DNA of 64,000 nucleotides from Malacoraja senta (Eukaryota). The stretch lies in assembly GCA_038087875.1 (NCBI GenBank), contig CM075992.1, positions 12,216,001 through 12,280,000 on the forward strand, read 5' to 3'. Every line of letters starts with the position of its first letter. Position 1 is the stretch's first letter. The notes below the pieces were generated by a model. That model ran no database searches. It saw only the letters and a program-made list of their open reading frames with translations, and was not told the DNA's origin. The position numbers and the translations under genes are program-made. Of this stretch, positions 58,950 through 64,000 are shown in pieces.

Positions 58950-61900
58950 AATTACCTCAGTCATCGTTTGCGGAGAGCTGACAGTGGGACGATTTTCAGT
59001 TCCACTTCCCTAAAGCCGGCAACTTTGTGTCATAACCACACGGACAAACAAAGTCAAAAATAGAACCTAGAACGCAACACACACATGTGTTGGCACGATG
59101 GCACAGCGGTAGAGTTGCTGCCTCACAGCGCCAGAGACCCGGGTTCCATCCTGTCTTTGTGTCCTGTCTGTACACAGTTTGTACGTTCTCCCCGTGACCT
59201 GCATAGGTTTTCTCCGAGATCTTCGGTCTCCTCCCACACTCCAAATATATGTAGGTTTGTAGGTTAATTGGCTTCTATAAATAGTTATACAGTCACAGAG
59301 TGATACAGTGTGGACACACGCCCTTTGGCCCAACTTGCCAAACCGGCCAACATGTCCCAGCTACACTAGTCCCACCCATCCGCGTTTGGCCCATATCCCT
59401 GTAAACCTGTCCTATCCATGTACCTGTCTAAATGTTCTTAAACGATGGGATATTCCCATCGTTTATGAAAAGTCAACTCCCTCCTCTGGCAGCTTGTTCC
59501 ATACACCCACCTGTGTGAAAAAGTTACCCCTCAGATTCCTATTAAATCGTTTCCCCTTCACCTTAAACCCATGTCCTCTGGTCCTCGATTCACCCACTCT
59601 GGGTATTCTGTCCTCTGCTTGAATTTATTTGCAATAGCGGCATCTGTTGGACCTTTATTGTGAAAGGTCAGTTGCACACAGGAAGTAGGAAGCAGGAAGT
59701 AGTCTCCTGTCTTTGTTTGTCTGTCATGTTCTAACATCAGAAGCAATCCTTACCAATCCTAGCTTGTTACACTTAAGAAAGCAATGGCTGTAAGTTCATA
59801 TTGTTCAGTGTATGCTTGGAATGCTGTATTGCAGAGTATTTATGGCAGATGATGTTTAACTCATTTCATTAACTTCATAGCATTTGTGAATGTTCAGATT
59901 GTTAGCAGGCGGCCATTTTATAGCACCTTAACATACAAGGAATAGGATTTGCAGTGGCATTAGATGGATTGAGGTATATTGTTTGTTATATATTTGCCCT
60001 ATATGTTTCACTGTATTAGAAGATTTGTTTGTTTCTATCTAAATGTATATTTCTGCAAAGGAGAGTAATTTGTGTATCTTCCTTTTCTTTTATAGTTTTC
60101 ACTCGTTTTTCAATGATAAGAATGTGACAGCACTGGAAAGTCATTAAACTTGAGAGCTGAGATGCTAACTTCCTGACTCGCGTTTGATTATTGAATCGAG
60201 TTTGGCTGGCTGTCAATCTACGTACTACTGTTAACAATCATGTAGGGAGGACAGTTACACTGGGCAAGAGACGGTGCATCTACCAGATCTATTCCTCTAA
60301 TGATCTTATACACATCTATAAGATCACCCCTCATCCTCCTGCACTCCAAGGAATAGAGACCCAGCCTACTCAACCTCTCCCTATAGCTCACACCCTCTAG
60401 TCCTGGCAACATCCTCGTAAATCTCTCTGTACCCTTTCCAGCTTGACAAAATCTTTCCTATAACATGGTGCCCAGATCTGAACACAATATTCTAAATGCA
60501 GCCTCGCCAAGGTCTTATACAACAGCAACATGACATCCCAACTTCTATACTCAATACTCTGACTGATGAAGGCCAAAGTGCCAAAAGTGTTTTTGATCAC
60601 CTTAACTACCTGCGACTCGACATTCAAGGACCCATGCACCTGTACTCCTAGATCCCTCTGCCCTACACTACCCAGAGGCCAACCATTCACTGTGTAGACC
60701 CTGCCCTTGTTCGATGTCCCAAAATGCAACACCTCACATTTCTCTGTTTTAAATTCCATCAACTATTCCTCAGCCCACCTGGCCAATCGATCCAGATCCT
60801 GCTGCAATCGTTCACAACCATCTTCAAGACCAACCACTAATGTATCATCAGCAAACTTGCTAATCTTGCCCTGTATGTTCACATCCAAATCATTGATGTA
60901 GATGACAAACAGTAACGGGCCCAGCATCGAACCCTGAGGCACACCACTAGTCACAGGCCTCCAGTCCGAGAAGCAACCTTCCACCATCACCCTCTGCTTC
61001 CTTCCATGGAGCCAATTTTCTATCCATTCGGCTAACTCTCCTTGGATCCCATGCGATCTAACCTTCCATAGCAGCCTACCATGCTGAACCTCACAACTAT
61101 AGGTTGGAACGGTGGCGCAGCGGTAGATTTGTTGCCTCACAGCACTAGAAACCCTGGTTCAATCCTGACCTCGGGTGCTGTCTGGATGGATTTTGTTTGT
61201 TCTCCCTGTGACCACGTGGGTTTCTCTGGGTGCTCCGGCTTCCTCCCACATCCAAAGACATACAGGCTTGTAGGTTAATTGACCCTCTGTAAATTGCCCT
61301 CTAGTGTGTAGGGAGTGGATGAGAAAGTTGGATAACATAGAATTGGTGTGAACGGGTGGTCGATGGACGGCATGTACTCGGTGGGCCGAAGGGCCTGGTT
61401 CCCCACTGTATCTCTAAACTAAACATAGAACTAGTGTGCTAGACGCAAAGTGCTGGAGTAACTCAACGGGTCAGGCAGTATCTCTGGAGAAAAAGGATGG
61501 ATGATGTTTCAGGTCGTGACCTTTGGAACCAGGTTGGTAAGCCATCCATAGTGTGGCATGATATATGAGGTATGTACGGATGTCAAGGATTTATGGGGAG
61601 AAGGCAGGAGAATGGGCTTGAGAGGGAAAGATATGCCATGATTGAATGGCGGAGTAGACTTGATGGGCCAATGGTAAGGTTTGTAGGTTAATTGGCTTCT
61701 GTAAATTGTTCCCAAGTGGGTAGGATAGAAATTAATGTGCGGGGATCGCTGGTTGGCTTGGACTCAGTGGGCCGAAGGACCTGTTTCCACATTGTATCTC
61801 TAAACTAAAAACTAAAATGAACTGACTGACTCTGGGCTTTTTTTTGTTACAAACCTTGATTGCAAATAATAAGCTTAAGAAAAAATGGAACCACTGGAAT

Positions 61901-64000
61901 TATTTAAAGGAATGAGCAACTTGTTCTTCTTTCTTAGTTCACTATTTCACTGACAGAAATGCAAACATAGGCAGAATGTGACTGCCAACAGATTTGAACT
62001 GAATGTGACAGACATCATGTGGTCATCAAAGACGGGCAAGGCTACTTCCCATGAATGGAGAGCAGTCGTGCAGACTGGGAGAGACCGAGAGAGATGGGGA
62101 TACTGAGAGAGACGGGGAGACTGATGAGACGGGGGAGACTGGAAGACGAGGAGACTGAGAGTGACGGGGAGACTGAGAGAGGGGAAGAAACTGGGAGAGA
62201 CGAGGAGAGACTGGGAGAGACGAGGTGAAACTGAGAGAGACGGGGAGAGACTGGGAGGGACGAGGAGAGACTGGGAGAGATGAGGAAAGACTGGGAGAGA
62301 CGAGGAGAGATTGAGAGACTGGGAGAGACGAGGAGAGACTGGGAGAGACGAGGAGACACTGGGAGAGACGAGGAAAGACTGGGGGAGACTGGGAGAGACG
62401 AGGAGAGACTGAGAGACTGGGAGAGACGAGGAGAGACTGGGAGAGATGAGGTGAAACTGAGAGAGACGGGGAGAGACGAGGAGAGACTGAGAGAGACGAG
62501 GAGAGACTGGGAGACTGGGAGAGACGAGGAGAGACCGAGAGAGACGGGGTGAAACTGGGAGAGACAAGAAAAGACTGGGAGAGACTGGGAGAGATGGGGA
62601 GAGACTGAGAGACTGGGAGAGACGGGGAGAGACTGGGAGAGATGGGGAGAAACTGGGAGAGACGAGGAAAGACTGGGAGAGACTGGAAGAGAAGAGGAGA
62701 GACTGGGAGAGACGGGGAGATTGAGAGAGGCTGAGACACAGAGGCGGTGAGACTGGGAGAGATTGTGAGAGGTTGGGAGACTGGGAGACCGAGAGAGATT
62801 GGGACCCTGAGAGACTTTGAGTGAGAGAGATGGGGAGAGGCTTTGAGACTGAAAGACTGAGAGACTGAGAGAGACCGAGGGTTTTCGGAATGAAGTGGGT
62901 TTACTGGCTTCATCTCCTCATTAAGTCTCCTCTGCTCAACACCAATAATTGCTTGAATGTCTGTGGAAAATTCTAACGATAAAATTTGGTTCCGTACGAG
63001 AATATTCACCCGGCTAATCTTTTCCAGACACAAGGAACTGCAGATACTGGTTTGCAAGTTCGAGCATGACCTCAGGTGCTGTCTGTATGTGGGATTTGCA
63101 GGATCGCCCTGTGACCACATGGGTTTCTGATAATTGCTCGTTTCTAAGCTTCCCCCCAGTCTAGTTTCAGTAAAAACACTGAATCTAGCACTTGAATCAA
63201 CTACGTTTTATTTTACCAAAAGCGCGTCACAGATCACACATTGTACCTATCCCATCGCGGGTTTGATCTCTGCGTCTATATGTTCAAGCCCTCTAAGCCT
63301 CGCGCAGACAGAGGCACTCCAGAAGGGTACACGGTCCTGAGCGCTCTTCCAGAAGATCGACCCTGAGCCTTGTGACCACGGACTTTTATATGCATCGCGA
63401 TCTCGAGGGCCAAACCACACGGGGGTTGTCTCTTAATCACCCAATTACAAACATCTATTAACCCCATACATAACATGCATTTCCCTGACCCAATGATACA
63501 ACAGTTCAATACATTGTATTCACAATGGACTTTGAGATGAAGTCAACTTGGAAACATTTACCCTGATTACCAGAACCCTCAGACAAGGCTCAACACCCCA
63601 TCCAATCATCACTTAGCAGAGTCAGACTCTGCAACATTATTTACAAGCTATTTACAAGGTGTATGTCTGGTTTGCAGCCATCCAATCCATTCTATGCATT
63701 TAGTACCAGATTGACAGGGATGGCAAGGCTTCCCATTCTTTGCTTGCAAATTGTATCTAAGTTCCAGACTCCCTGGCACCTCTCGCAGCCTGTCCCAGCT
63801 CTGCAGACAGCAATTCCAATTTGACCAAATCTCCCAGCAAACCCTGAAACTTAACCACATTTTGAAGTCCTGGCTGGTCCAAGTTAGCCAGGATTAACAT
63901 TGTGGCTCAGTGATCAGCTAACCAGATATACATAAGTGTGCTTTACATTTCCCATCCATCAGTAACACAAGATGATGTTGTTTCTTCTCAGAATCTTGTA

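Larger units (their letters stand above)
53830..64000. repeat. Large inverted duplication: ~53830-58649 mirrored at 58950-64000 (likely extends beyond the window)
   Basis: The last bases of the window are the reverse complement of 53830 onward; paired ORFs (56185 vs 61509, 57663 vs 60016) have identical translations; scattered substitutions and indels. Confidence 0.97.

Overview
Eukaryotic, transposon-saturated vertebrate DNA. The repeat complement (V-SINE-core tRNA SINEs, CR1 LINEs with (TAGAAACA)n tails, hammerhead-bearing Penelope fragments, DIRS1, L1, L2, Rex/Babar, class I ERV remnants) suggests a cartilaginous fish such as a skate or ray; this is an inference. Most ORFs in the track are TE fragments or antisense shadows of them. 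Main contents: three near-full-length DIRS1-type tyrosine-recombinase retrotransposons with ITR/ICR architecture and ATT ends, plus two decayed copies of a fourth family; a full-length L1 with a 16-bp TSD inside an L2; a hAT MITE; and ERV gag/pro/pol/env remnants and LTRs. Host-gene traces are a clean calcium-binding EGF exon (25875-26027) of an ADGRE/CD97-like adhesion GPCR and a probable GAIN-domain exon (from 31719) that runs into a 48-bp tandem repeat apparently born from the exon's own codons. That repeat now lies in three in-register blocks separated by nested insertions. The last 10 kb is an inverted duplication around a 200-N gap, with a candidate RUNX/ETS-IRF leukocyte promoter at its centre. 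I see no clearly new multi-gene system. The best leads are the exon-born repeat, a conserved 5' intron in the DIRS elements, and a hairpin-rich module upstream of the fourth DIRS family.
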